A DNA stretch of 64,000 nt from Bugula neritina. Taxonomy: Eukaryota; Animalia; Bryozoa. The stretch spans positions 4,914,707 through 4,978,706 of the forward strand of contig OZ037767.1 of the NCBI GenBank assembly GCA_964035545.1. The letters run 5' to 3'. Numbering within the stretch: position 1 is the first letter of the stretch; each line of letters opens with the position of its first letter. The notes below the pieces were generated by a model that was not told the origin of the DNA, did no database searches, and was given only the letters and a program-made list of their open reading frames with translations. Both the position numbers and the translations under genes were made by a program. This document shows positions 15,701 through 25,930 of this stretch, in pieces.

Positions 15701-17753
15701 TATAAATATTTTATATTTATTAGCTAGAAGATGATGAAGTTCTATTTATAGAATGTGTTTTGTTTTTATATCTGACCAATACAAACCAAGTGCTAGGAAT
15801 TTCTTACACTAAAATCATAAAATATTTATTATATTTTTACGGCTGTGAGATATAAATAGCTACAAACACTCGGCAGGAAAAAAAACATGTTTGTGTCTTG
15901 TACTAAAGTATCTATCAAACCATTTAATATAAGATACTCACAATGGTATATTAAATACATAACTTATCTATCAAACCATTTAATATTGTGGCGTACTAAA
16001 TACATAACTTGCTATGGAATGAACAGCTAGTAGTAAAATACTGTTAGCAGGATATTAGATTATAATAGTGTAATGCATCATTAGCACTGCTAACTATTTC
16101 TATATACTCTGTACAGGTGTACCTGTGACCTCTAAGTCAACAGGAAATCTACCTGATGGTGCAATGAAAAGATCAGAGAGTGCTGAGATGAGTGGTAGAC
16201 TGCATTCTATGCCCCCTCTGCCCCCCATAGCTCGCACCAATACACTAGCCGCCCCTGACACAGCAGAAAGATTAGGTAAATCAGCTGAAGTCATTTGAGA
16301 ATTGTGGGATAAAAGGGTTTGGCCAATTGCCGTCGGAAACATTTCACATTCTCATTAGCTGATGTGCTAACTGAGTCCATTATTACTTAATTCAGTGTTT
16401 ATGTAGTTAATGTGTGTCCCTCAAGACTGCTCAACATCTTTGTAGGTAAAAGCTGTTATAATGTAATTGGATTATCTCTCGATAGTTGAGATGTAGATTG
16501 TATTAAGATGTGTTTGAATGATGTAATAACCATCTTAGATACAAGATGTTTCTTCCTTAAGTAATGCTACTGTTGCAATTAACCAAACATCAATACAATA
16601 GGATTACTGAAGCCAATATAAATGTTTATAGATTACACAGAAAATAACTGTATTTTGCAATTTTTGCTTCTTAGATACAAGTGTAGGAAAATAGTTTCAT
16701 GTAGTCTAGAATCCAGCTTGGAGTTAGGATATCAAATGTTACATGTAGTACCTATAAAATGCTGCACTAATAATAAATAGAATATTTGGCACATTATATT
16801 AATTATCAACATATTGTAGCCTCTTTTTAAGCGTAATGGTAAGTAGTATTTGAACATGAGTGACCCAAATATCATTATTTTATGCCCCATAATTTACCCA
16901 AGTGTCATTATGTTTTTGTATTGTTCATGGGAATTTTAGCTGCCAAAATTGCATTTCCTTTTAAGTATATTTTAGTGGTATTTGTGTGACCCACTTGTGC
17001 TTTGGTTTAAAGAGTGACCCAACTATGCATTCTATATGATTCAAGCTGTGTCAAGGAGTGGTTAATCAGTTAGTGGTTCAACAGGAACAGCCAAAGTCTG
17101 GTTTAATGAACTTTTAATCAAATTTCTGTAATATTTAGACTTTAGAGATTGATTCAGCAGAGTTGTTGATAACTGACAGCTCAAACAAAACCAGCTCAAA
17201 AATTATCAAAAAAACAAGTTTTATTTTTCCAAACATTTTCTCTAAAACCATGTTTTTCTCTACCCAAGCTTTTATTGCTTCCTTATAAAACATTTAGCTT
17301 TTCAAAAGCTACAAACCAACTTTAAGGAAGTATAATAAATAGTAGCATGATTTTGTATGTTATAGTCATTTGTATAGATATTAATTGCTGTTGCATTCCC
17401 AAAATATAGCTTTCTATGTTTTACAGGTCATCAAACAATAGCCTAATAAACTCTCATATATGTCTACTATGTATCATATCATATATATTAATTTGTGGTC
17501 TAATTTCTGTTTTCATTACATATATTACCACTATTTCATATATATTACAACTACATCATGTATATATAATAAGCACTGTGCATATATATTACAACTGTAT
17601 GATATATATTACACAGACACCGGGAGAGACTCCTCTGTCAACGCATCACGTTTAGCCCGAGAGTTTACTGACGACTCCATACACCTCCTACCTACACACG
17701 TGACTCGTGTGGTCACTAAGTCTATCAGCAGTCACAGTCTAGTACAAGAATAG
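746..17753 (+). CDS. Multi-exon FAM186A/B-like protein (low-complexity N-terminal half, coiled-coil C-terminal domain); start codon not identified
   Basis: GT-AG exons at approx. 746-928, 1267-1476, 1885-1911, 2384-2868, 3058-3209, 3908-4100, 4547-4710, 5432-5544, 6185-6294, 6700-6862, 7190-7246, 8431-8654, 9195-9242, 10069-10179, 10730-10937, 11878-11955, 12176-12321, 12682-12839, 14452-14567, 14876-14998, 16117-16275, 17617-17753 (ends ...SHSLVQE*); phases checked at several junctions. The segments IMFTRLDAERNAKNLKRA, LEKMENLQNKRTQRWMNKMDALAEKRAELANELMMSLEDLEQESGIFMIKP and IPRILELDV resemble the FAM186 C-terminal domain as I recall it. Confidence 0.6.
4238..4366. mobile_element. Small MITE-like foldback element
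   Basis: Imperfect terminal inverted repeats ctagaagcagcaccaagttgg ... ccaatttagtgctgcttctag; the same left end (agcagcaccaagttgg) recurs at ~28418. Confidence 0.55.
4790..4852. repeat. 17-bp tandem repeat (gtgtaggtagtttagat) x~4
   Basis: Seen directly in the sequence. Confidence 0.9.
9375..10068. repeat. 28-bp intronic minisatellite (tcaagtcattacactgtctactctatat) x~24
   Basis: Near-identical tandem units; they explain the repetitive ORFs 9488-10088. Confidence 0.95.
10192..10273. repeat. (GGT)n-type microsatellite at intron start
   Basis: ggtggt/ggcaga runs directly after the donor gtatgt at ~10180. Confidence 0.85.
11214..11662. mobile_element. Non-autonomous DNA transposon (MITE), ~450 bp
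   Basis: 17-bp perfect TIRs aagttgcgtttatacct (11214-11230) / aggtataaacgcaactt (11646-11662); the interior is CpG-richer than the host intron; no ORF. Confidence 0.75.
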
Positions 17754-19539
17754 TAGAGCACCAGGTTGCTAATGGAGGAATTGAGGGGGTTGCTGATGGA
17801 ATAGGAAAATTTTAGCGAACTGTATAGAACAGTAATAATCTTAAAATGTCAATCAAGTTTTTTTCGCCAGTTCAAGACCAACAATGTTGGCATTACAGAA
17901 CACACATTTTATTATTCTTCTATGTTTGTCAAAGTTTTGTATAGTATGTTGTGATAACTTAATTTAATAAGTAAATGCGTTATCTAGTTTGATATATTCT
18001 AAAGACTTGCCATGCGTTTTATGTTAAGCTGAGGTCTTATATAGTATGTTTCCCCCAAACCCTCACCCACTTCAGTTATGTAGGAACTTCTACTATATTT
18101 CCGTCCGTCCTTTCTTATATGCCGTCCAAAACAGTATATGTTTTATAGAATAATCTCTTTTTGGAATTATGTGCCTTTTAATATATTTTACATACCGTAA
18201 TGTATTGAGAGTATTAGTGATAAATATTATTAACCAGTATTTTCTAACAAGCTCATGACTGTGGTTTTAATATTGCTTTTAGTGCATGTGCGTTCCTATG
18301 AAATATAATATGTTTATGAAATTAAATAAACAGTTTTTGTTTATAGATTTTAATAAGGTCTAGCCTCTTCAATATATTACCATACTTGTTCACAAACTAT
18401 ATGATCATATAATATGCATTTGAAGCTCTAGAATTCAATATACAACTCATCTGTATAACATGCCTTGATAGATATGTAAGCACCTTGATTAGCTGATGGA
18501 AAATGGTGCTACTTGTTTCTAATTGCTTTGAAATAATATAATCACATAATAACTGAAGGTAGATCATCTTTAGCCTGTGCACTACGAAGAAAAATGCTAT
18601 CAATTAACATTACATAGTAAGCTAGCATTTGCTGCAATGTGGGACAGAGGTTGTGGTGACCTATGAACTCTAGATTAGAGTTATCTCCACGTGTATTGAG
18701 AAGTGAAATATGGTAGTATTATACATGTTGCTGATGAGACAACATTGAGTCACTGACAGCTTTACATTCCTGCCAAGTGGTAGATTCACTATCTAGTGGA
18801 CAAGACATACAATGCCAAAGTTAAAGGTGCCAGTCATTTCCAGAGAGATTACTTTAGAATTTGGTGAGCAAAGATTTTCAAGCAGCAGTATTGCTACATT
18901 GTACTATTGTAATATATTTTACCTAAGATGTACTATTGTAGAAAAAACTTAAACTTATTAGTGTTACTAATTCTAGTAGCATGTGTAAGTTTTCACTAAT
19001 GATAACACAAGTTAGGAATTAGTGTTTTAGTTACGATTTATGAGTGATTTTATTATTTATGAATAAACCAGCAAGCAATGTAGAGTATATTCATTGTCGG
19101 CCTACTCTTGTCTTGATCTAGCTATATGGCAGTAGACAGCTAGTCACAGCTGTTGTCTACCACGTGACTAAGTTAGTTACTATAATAGATTTGGAAACAT
19201 GAAATAATCTATTTTCAATTTAAGATAATATCCTATATTTTCACATCACAGTCACTACATTTCTAAGCTTCAATCTGTGGATTTTTCATTTATGTTACAT
19301 GAATAAAACTAAAATCACAAGTTCCTCCTATGAGCATTCATTTAATGCGAAGCAATGGAAACACAGCTTGTAGCTAGTTTATCACGTAATTATTATAAAC
19401 TCAAGTAACTGTTTAGACTACAGTTATGCTGTTAGAAATTTTATGATATTTTATGATCCTTTGCTGCTATACTAAGTACACTGACACAGTCTTTGCTTGA
19501 CATGATGTCTTGAAGTGTGGTGTTGAGTTTACCCATGTA

Positions 19540-19610
19540 GTGCCCTTGGTGTAATAGTTTACTCTTCTGCTTACGAGGCTGAGGTCTCAGGTTTGAACCC
19601 CAGGGAGGTT
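19540..19610 (+). pseudogene. Degenerate tRNA-like sequence or tRNA-derived SINE head
   Basis: A-box-like tggtgtaatag and B-box-like ggtttgaaccc at tRNA spacing; the cloverleaf stems are imperfect, so it is not called a functional tRNA. Confidence 0.45.
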
Positions 19611-20011
19611 GAAAGTTTTATTTAAAGTCTGGTTGGTCTGCCATTATGCCATTTACAAAAGGGGTGTGGCCTAAAGTCTTGTATATTTACAATGTTAACT
19701 AAGTCATCCAGTTTTAAAATTATTGCAATTTTGTTATATATTATACTTGCACTAAAATTTATGATTATTATAAATACATTTGGCTTGCTTCTATAAAGTG
19801 TCTACTGGATGCTCTCTTTGTATTGCCAAAATAAAAACTCCGAAACTTTATAAACTGTCTTCATTCACAAACTTTTAAAATAATTATAATTTGGAATGTG
19901 GAATTTGAAAACTTTAGTGCAATTATTTTTGAAATTCTGCTTCATGCCTGGATGTTTTTTGTTATTTCTTCATCAAAATATACAAAACCATTCATTGAAC
20001 ATGGACAAGTT

Positions 20012-20017
20012 TTTATT
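20012..20017 (-). terminator. Candidate polyadenylation signal AATAAA of the orphan - strand gene
   Basis: tttatt on the + strand, ~115 nt after the stop codon and just beyond the GC-rich antisense block. Confidence 0.5.
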
Positions 20018-20054
20018 TACAAAAAAACATAACAATAAATAACAAATATATTTC

Positions 20055-20806
20055 GCGGTGGCGAATGCCGGTGGAAGTGGTTGCCCGCAGGGTGACCAAG
20101 ATCTTCTGGGCTGAGACGAGCGGGTATGCTGCTCAAAAGAATGTTTTATAGGCAGCATACCCTAAGGCAGTGGCAGCTAGACCCACAGCAGCACAAATAC
20201 CCACTTTTTTAAGTGTGCTGTATTCCTGTAAATAAATTAATCAAATTACTACAAGGTGCAAAAGTATGATAAAACAAAACAAAGTAGCGAGTGAGCAGTG
20301 ATATAAGATATGCAGAAGATAAAAGCATACTCTTATACTTACTTCATGGGTCTGCCACTGCCTCATCTCTGCTCGTCTCAGCCGGCCACCCTGCTCGATA
20401 GATCTTGTGACAGCTTGGGCTGTTTCAACCACTTCTACAAATATTGAGATACACAGTTGATACACTAAAAGTATACTAACATAATACTAATACGAATACT
20501 ACATGAATATTTGAGCATGGTGACATACTACAATATTTTCCTCTCATGCATTTGTTATCGATCTAATACATTCAAGTGCTGTTACTTTGTTAGCATGTTC
20601 CTATCAGCTTGGTATCTCAACAACATAACTATTGACTTACCCACTGTTGTGGGAAGACACCAGACTGGTGTACCCTGTCTGGTGTGGTGACTCATGTTTA
20701 AGAGTTGATCTCTCATTTTCAGAGGGTACACCAGTCTTCCTTCTTCCCACAATCTCCAGTGCAGGTAACGCTTCTTGATTGCCTGCACTGTGGCATTCGC
20801 CACCGC
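20055..20806 (-). other. Large nested RNA secondary-structure domain in the spliced mRNA (exon 3 to 3'UTR)
   Basis: Nine complementary pairs of 9-15 bp, perfect except for one G-U, in nested order; coordinates are given in the findings. Confidence 0.85.
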
Positions 20807-21399
20807 ATCCATATGGGTATCTACAAGATCACAAGATCATGGAGTGTCATCTCTGGGAAATACTGTACATGTTTAAATGTGAATATTCATATCAACATAC
20901 TCTGCAGTTAGCGTGATGGTTGTGCCATGGCATGTTCAGTGCTGTTAGTTTTGAAATGTCTTGAATACTTACCATTATGGTTTAATGACCAAATCTTATC
21001 CTTTAGGTTTTCTGTGGAATCCACTAAAAAGAAATAGTACATATTAAAGCACTGCAGCTAAACTCTTTAAGCCCAATGAAACAAGTTAAATACGTATGCT
21101 TGGGCCAAGAGAATTATATACAGTCTATATATAAATTTATTGAATTTTTTCGGCATTTCTCATTTTAAAATATGCATTCTGGGGCCACACCATGTATAAT
21201 GAATTCGGTTTGAATACAACAACTAATATTATAAACATAGAATCTACTTACTGTAATAGTCTATGTCCGACGGTGGCCTTCTATCTGGGACAATAACGTA
21301 CATGTCTTCACTGTTTTGGTGTAATTTCCAGTCCAATTGACTCTCCTCCCTTATCACTGGTATCATACTGGGCTGAATTTCTGTAGTTACTTCAGACAT
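20133..21399 (-). CDS. Orphan 187-aa protein with a C-terminal tail anchor; 5 exons
   Basis: Exons 21399-21252, 21023-20973, 20820-20641, 20434-20343, 20225-20133. All four donors are GTAAGT, acceptors are YAG, and phases 1/1/1/0 join without stops. Product: MSEVTTEIQPSMIPVIREESQLDWKLHQNSEDMYVIVPDRRPPSDIDYYMDSTENLKDKIWSLNHNDTHMDAVANATVQAIKKRYLHWRLWEEGRLVYPLKMRDQLLNMSHHTRQGTPVWCLPTTVEVVETAQAVTRSIEQGGRLRRAEMRQWQTHEEYSTLKKVGICAAVGLAATALGYAAYKTFF*. Confidence 0.85.
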
Positions 21400-21460
21400 C
21401 TTTTAAATTGTTTCTCTGTAGTCTTTCTAGCTGTAGGTATGGTTTTGACAATTAAGCTCG

Positions 21461-21580
21461 ACTGATTTTTCATCAAAATCTGCCCCCTTTTATACGAAAA
21501 AGAACAATCGGAAGACAATCGAAACTTTTTAATTGGCCGGTAATGGCTTCATCGCTAACTTATAATCATCTTATTGGATA
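21461..21580 (-). promoter_or_regulatory. Pol II core promoter of the orphan gene: TATA box, Inr, CCAAT boxes
   Basis: On the - strand: TATAAAA at 21494-21488, TCAGT initiator at 21465-21461 (A+1 at 21463, 31 nt from the first T of the TATA box), and CCAAT at ~21536-21532 and ~21577-21573. This implies a 64-nt 5'UTR. Confidence 0.7.
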
Positions 21581-23068
21581 ACAATTTTGGTCAAGAATTT
21601 TTTGCTCGTGACTATTTATTCGTGATACCACAAAATAATTAGAACAATGCTCAATTGTCATAAGTTTATGTTGAGGCTGCAGCTTCAACATAACATTGTA
21701 TGAATATTAAACATTTCTAAAATTATTTTGTGGTTTCAGGCATTTCAAAATTAACCAACAAATTTATTCCATCTATTTTAGCTATTTATTTTTATTTTTC
21801 TCAATTATACTGAGCTTCTATCAACAATTAAAAATATAATAATACCATAAACAATGCTGTATCCAATTTCCATGGAAATAAAAAAGAGCAATTTACACTC
21901 CTTATAGCAAGTATTTATTTTCTATGATAATGGTTACGCTAATTTCTGCATAGTTGAACTGTTAACAATGGGAGGTTAACAAAATCGAGAGTGACAACGA
22001 AAACTGCAAACATGTAATTAATGTAGTTTAATAACTTTGATTAACCAAGAATTTTTTTATGTATTTTTAAGCATGATTTTACAAAGTTTGCAATAAGTTC
22101 TACTAATCTAGCAATATGTACTGTGCAAAAAATTTCTCCTTTTTTATTTAATATAATCTCCATTGTGTCGAGAACATTGCTAGTTTCCTGTGTTTTCATT
22201 AATCAAATTTTCCATTAACAGTGTCACGGTGTAAATGGGTTCTTACAACAATAATGTCAAACAGACTGATAGATATTAACGTGAAATCAGTAGAATGCTA
22301 CTTTGTCTTCTTCATAGTCTGAGTCATGGTGAAAGAGAATCCAGTCTCTGAATATTTTTATTAGTAGTTATTGTGGACAGGCAAATCCTGAAATTCTTTT
22401 CAACTCGCGAATAGTTTTATCTACTTTTATTTACCTGCATCATTCTCTAGCTTTCACAGAAAGAAGTTTTCTGAACTTATATAGGCCTATTCACTGTGAT
22501 CAAATCTAGTTATAATATTTTGGAGTTATCTTCTCAATGATTTTATTAATTAGAAAATTGTCTTGTTGTGTTACTGTAAAGAACATAATGATTGTTTGAT
22601 ATTGAACTAATTTGCATGTAAATTTAGGCGTTCAATAAGTTCAAGAGTGTGCAGAATATTAATTAGGTAATTATATTAGTATTACATATATAGAAACACC
22701 TAATCATTCAGCATGCATCTATTCAATGGTTTAAACAATGCACTTAAGTGGTTAAAACCAATCAGTTCTTAAAACTCAAACTATAATGTTGGCTAAATAT
22801 CACAGTGCATTCCATTAACATTCTCAAGCTGTATGCATGGCTGCAACTTATTGTTTGATTCCAACTAGAAGAATGCCTGAAATAGAGCGAGTGAGAGTGT
22901 TACACTTTCAACAAGTGCATGCTAGTGTCTAGAATGTAGAGAACTTATGTTACTGATTGAATATGAGGAAGATTTCTATATTCTACACTTATCCAGGTCA
23001 GATATACTATGTTTATGCTGCTACAAAATTAGAAATATACTTTTTTAGATTTGTTAGTCAACAAATTC

Positions 23069-23076
<8 letters not shown>

Positions 23077-23143
<67 letters not shown>
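23077..23143. repeat. (TA)n microsatellite
   Basis: ~33 perfect TA units. Confidence 0.95.
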
Positions 23144-23145
<2 letters not shown>

Positions 23146-23429
23146 GCTGTTATTTATAAGTTGTTAGGGTATATAGTCTGTTATCAAAAGTTTAAATTAC
23201 AAAGCAAGCAAATATAAGTCAAAACATTTTAAAAAAGAAAAATCATCTAGTAAATTATTATTTTACGCAGAGCAAAACCTGCATTATTCCACATGCATGT
23301 CAGCTACCACGTAATTGTCTTTGCTTTACATAGGATAACGAAGAATATTTTGTTAAGCTATCATAACAGAAGCTTTATTGTAGACCCAACCCAATGCTGA
23401 ACGCCCCTCCAGACTAGGCCATGTTGAAT

Positions 23430-23525
23430 ATTCGTCATTTTCCAGATGTCATTTTCCAAATATCCGTTTGCTAATTGTCTATTTCCCAAATGGGTGTTTT
23501 TTAATTGTCATTTTCTAAATGTCTG
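23430..23525. repeat. Degenerate short tandem repeats (tgtcattttccaaa-like)
   Basis: About six diverged units of 13-16 bp. Confidence 0.55.
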
Positions 23526-24235
23526 TCAGGAGAGGCTAGTACTTCACTTGTGTCCAAGAGTTCGTTGACCTTTGTCTAATATATGCTTCTGTAGATTGAA
23601 TGGAATCCATCAACAGGATATTAAATGCATAATGAGTTGTAGATAATATATATGTGTGATGAAATTGTTTTGAGAAAGTAGATTGAAATATAATGATTAC
23701 TTGAAGCTCATTAGAAAGCTTAAATTACGTAGTAGCATGTCACTATCTGAGGTGAATGCAGAAACCCTGGCTTTTAGTCTTTTTAGCTTGAGTTTCAACC
23801 ACTATTTTTAGCATGTGAGAGGGTTCGGTCTCAAGTGTCCAATCTCCTGCAGACAGACAATAAAACGAAGGCTAAAAGAAAAGCAAGATTTCTGTAGTTT
23901 TTATCTTTTTTATGCATAAGTGTTTTACAATGCTGAATATGTATATGAAAGTGCTAACAAAGTTAGCATAAGGTCCAACGGGCTTGTGCATAAAACTTAA
24001 AGTCTTTATTTAATACGAGATGACAGTTTTGCCCATGGAATTTCTCTCTAGTATGTTCTGGAATAGACCTGAAAACTCCAGTTCGATATTTGGTTATGAT
24101 TGTATGAACAAATGTAGTATAGATGGACTATAAACTAGTAGACTAGGATATGTCACAGTGTCACAAAGTATTACCTAATTATTACTCTCCAGGGGACACA
24201 AATAACCTCATCCCTCTTCTTAAATACATAAACAG

Positions 24236-25205
24236 AGAGCAGCGGTGGTCTAGGGAACACTAGCGTAGTAAACACAAGGTCATAAGTTCAAACTCTGGCA
24301 GAATAATTAGTGATATCAGGAAGAGCATCTAATAATAGTAGTCATACACCGGCTTTCCATGTACCGATCTCAGATCGATCTCGCTGAGATCGATCCATGG
24401 AAAGACGCTAAAGATCGATCTCAGTCGTTCTGAGCTGGTCGGTCTGTAGAGCTCGAACTCAGATCGATCTCAAGGCAATAAGGTCATGGAAAGACGAAAG
24501 TTCGATCTGAGAAATAGAAAAAGACTGTTCGCTAAAATGTCGCCGCTAATAAAAATGATAATTTATTGGTAATTACTAAGCAAATTACTTAATAATTACT
24601 ATAGCCACATTTTCAGATGCCAAAACTTTGACTTTCAGTACTATGATTAAACAAACTCAATTATATAAAATTATAGACGGTAGAAGGTGGAAAAAGTAGG
24701 AGCATTTAAATTGAATTTAAATGGCTAGTAAAACTTACTTTCATTAGTTATTTGCTGCTTATTTTTAAGCCCAATAGTCCTGTAAGTTTATGAATAATCT
24801 GCACAACAGCTATTAATTTTATATAAGCTGTCAAACTAAAATATTAAAATGAATTATCTTAAGTTGGCTAAATTGCTTCTTACTAAAAGCTTTACTGCGT
24901 AGAGTTTATAGCTGGCACTGAATTTTAGACTATGGAAATTTTGTTTTTTCAAAAGCATTAGCTTGAATCACCCAGGTGGGTTAAAAAATATAATATTAAA
25001 GTACTCTTCACTTAAGAGGAGGCAACTCCGCTAGATCGATCTGACACTCTCATGGAAAAACGATCGATCTGATCAGCACATTTCTCAGATCGATCTCAGC
25101 GAGATCGATCTGAGATCGGTACATGGAAAGCCGGTGCTTGTGTCACAGCATACGCAGCAGTAGCCTGTTTGCCATCAGAGGTTTACACTGGGAACTTTAA
25201 ACAAA
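24236..25205 (+). mobile_element. tRNA-derived SINE copy interrupted by a MITE
   Basis: 24236-24330 resembles 48404-48505 (gtggtctaggg...gttcaa...ggca...gtgat...aggaagagcat); the similarity resumes after the MITE (ccatcagaggttt...ggga.ctttaaac). Confidence 0.55.
24347..25136. mobile_element. MITE / non-autonomous DNA transposon, 790 bp, perfect 49-bp TIRs
   Basis: caccggctttccatgtaccgatctcagatcgatctcgctgagatcgatc (24347-24395) is the exact reverse complement of 25088-25136. Subterminal gatcgatc and catggaaa motifs are repeated; no ORF; no clear TSD. Confidence 0.9.
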
Positions 25206-25930
25206 TGTAAGTTATTATAAATGCATCAAACCAACTTTTAGCCTAATTTAAGTAGAGTTAAAGCTATATTTTAAGAAGCTGCAACATAGCTACTTGTTTG
25301 AACATGTAGTGGCTACCAGTAAGTATCTACAAACTGATCAGTATTGTTGGGAGGTTTTGCAGAGGTAATAGTACTTTCACATTTTACCTTCAGCAGTACT
25401 AAAACTTGGGCATTTGTAGAAATTTGCTAAAATTTTAGTAACAAACTCTCAAAAAGCCAGAGTTGAAAAAATAAATTATTCATTCACCTCAATGTAAAAT
25501 ACTAGTCATAGAAGTTCTTCAAGCTTCTAAAACCTACAATGTTGAAGTTCTTCATTGCTTTGAACGAGCAGTTTTAAACTTTTGTAAAGACAGTAGCAAG
25601 CTGAAGGTGCAGACATAGCATTTGCACAGGTAGTCTTAAGTTTTCAGTTGATTGTAGGGAATTAGATTTGAAAAAGTATCGTAATTATATTAAGCTATAT
25701 TAATCTATAGTCACAACTTCTAAAAATATTCAGCGTCTGTTACTATAATCTCAACATAATATATATGCTTTCTTTCATACTGTAGAGGTTTGAACTTTGA
25801 ATATTGATTTGCATAAATACAGATATTTATAAATATGTCATGTCATCATTTTTCTTTACCATTGAAATGTTTGATTTTTTTGTTACAGGTTACATAATAT
25901 AATATAAAGCAGCTTCACAACCGCTACTAA

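Noticed and set aside
19540-19610. Functional tRNA-Val(TAC)
   Set aside because: The acceptor and anticodon stems do not pair properly; tRNAscan-SE would be needed.
19973-20158. 61-aa - strand ORF (MLPIKHSF...)
   Set aside because: It overlaps the last exon and 3'UTR of the assembled 5-exon gene in another frame, with no independent support.
20055-20806. Structured region as a MITE, simple inverted duplication or telomerase RNA
   Set aside because: The pairings are short, nested, confined to exons and UTR, and skip introns; there is no TIR/TSD organisation; I found no CUAACCCU-type template.
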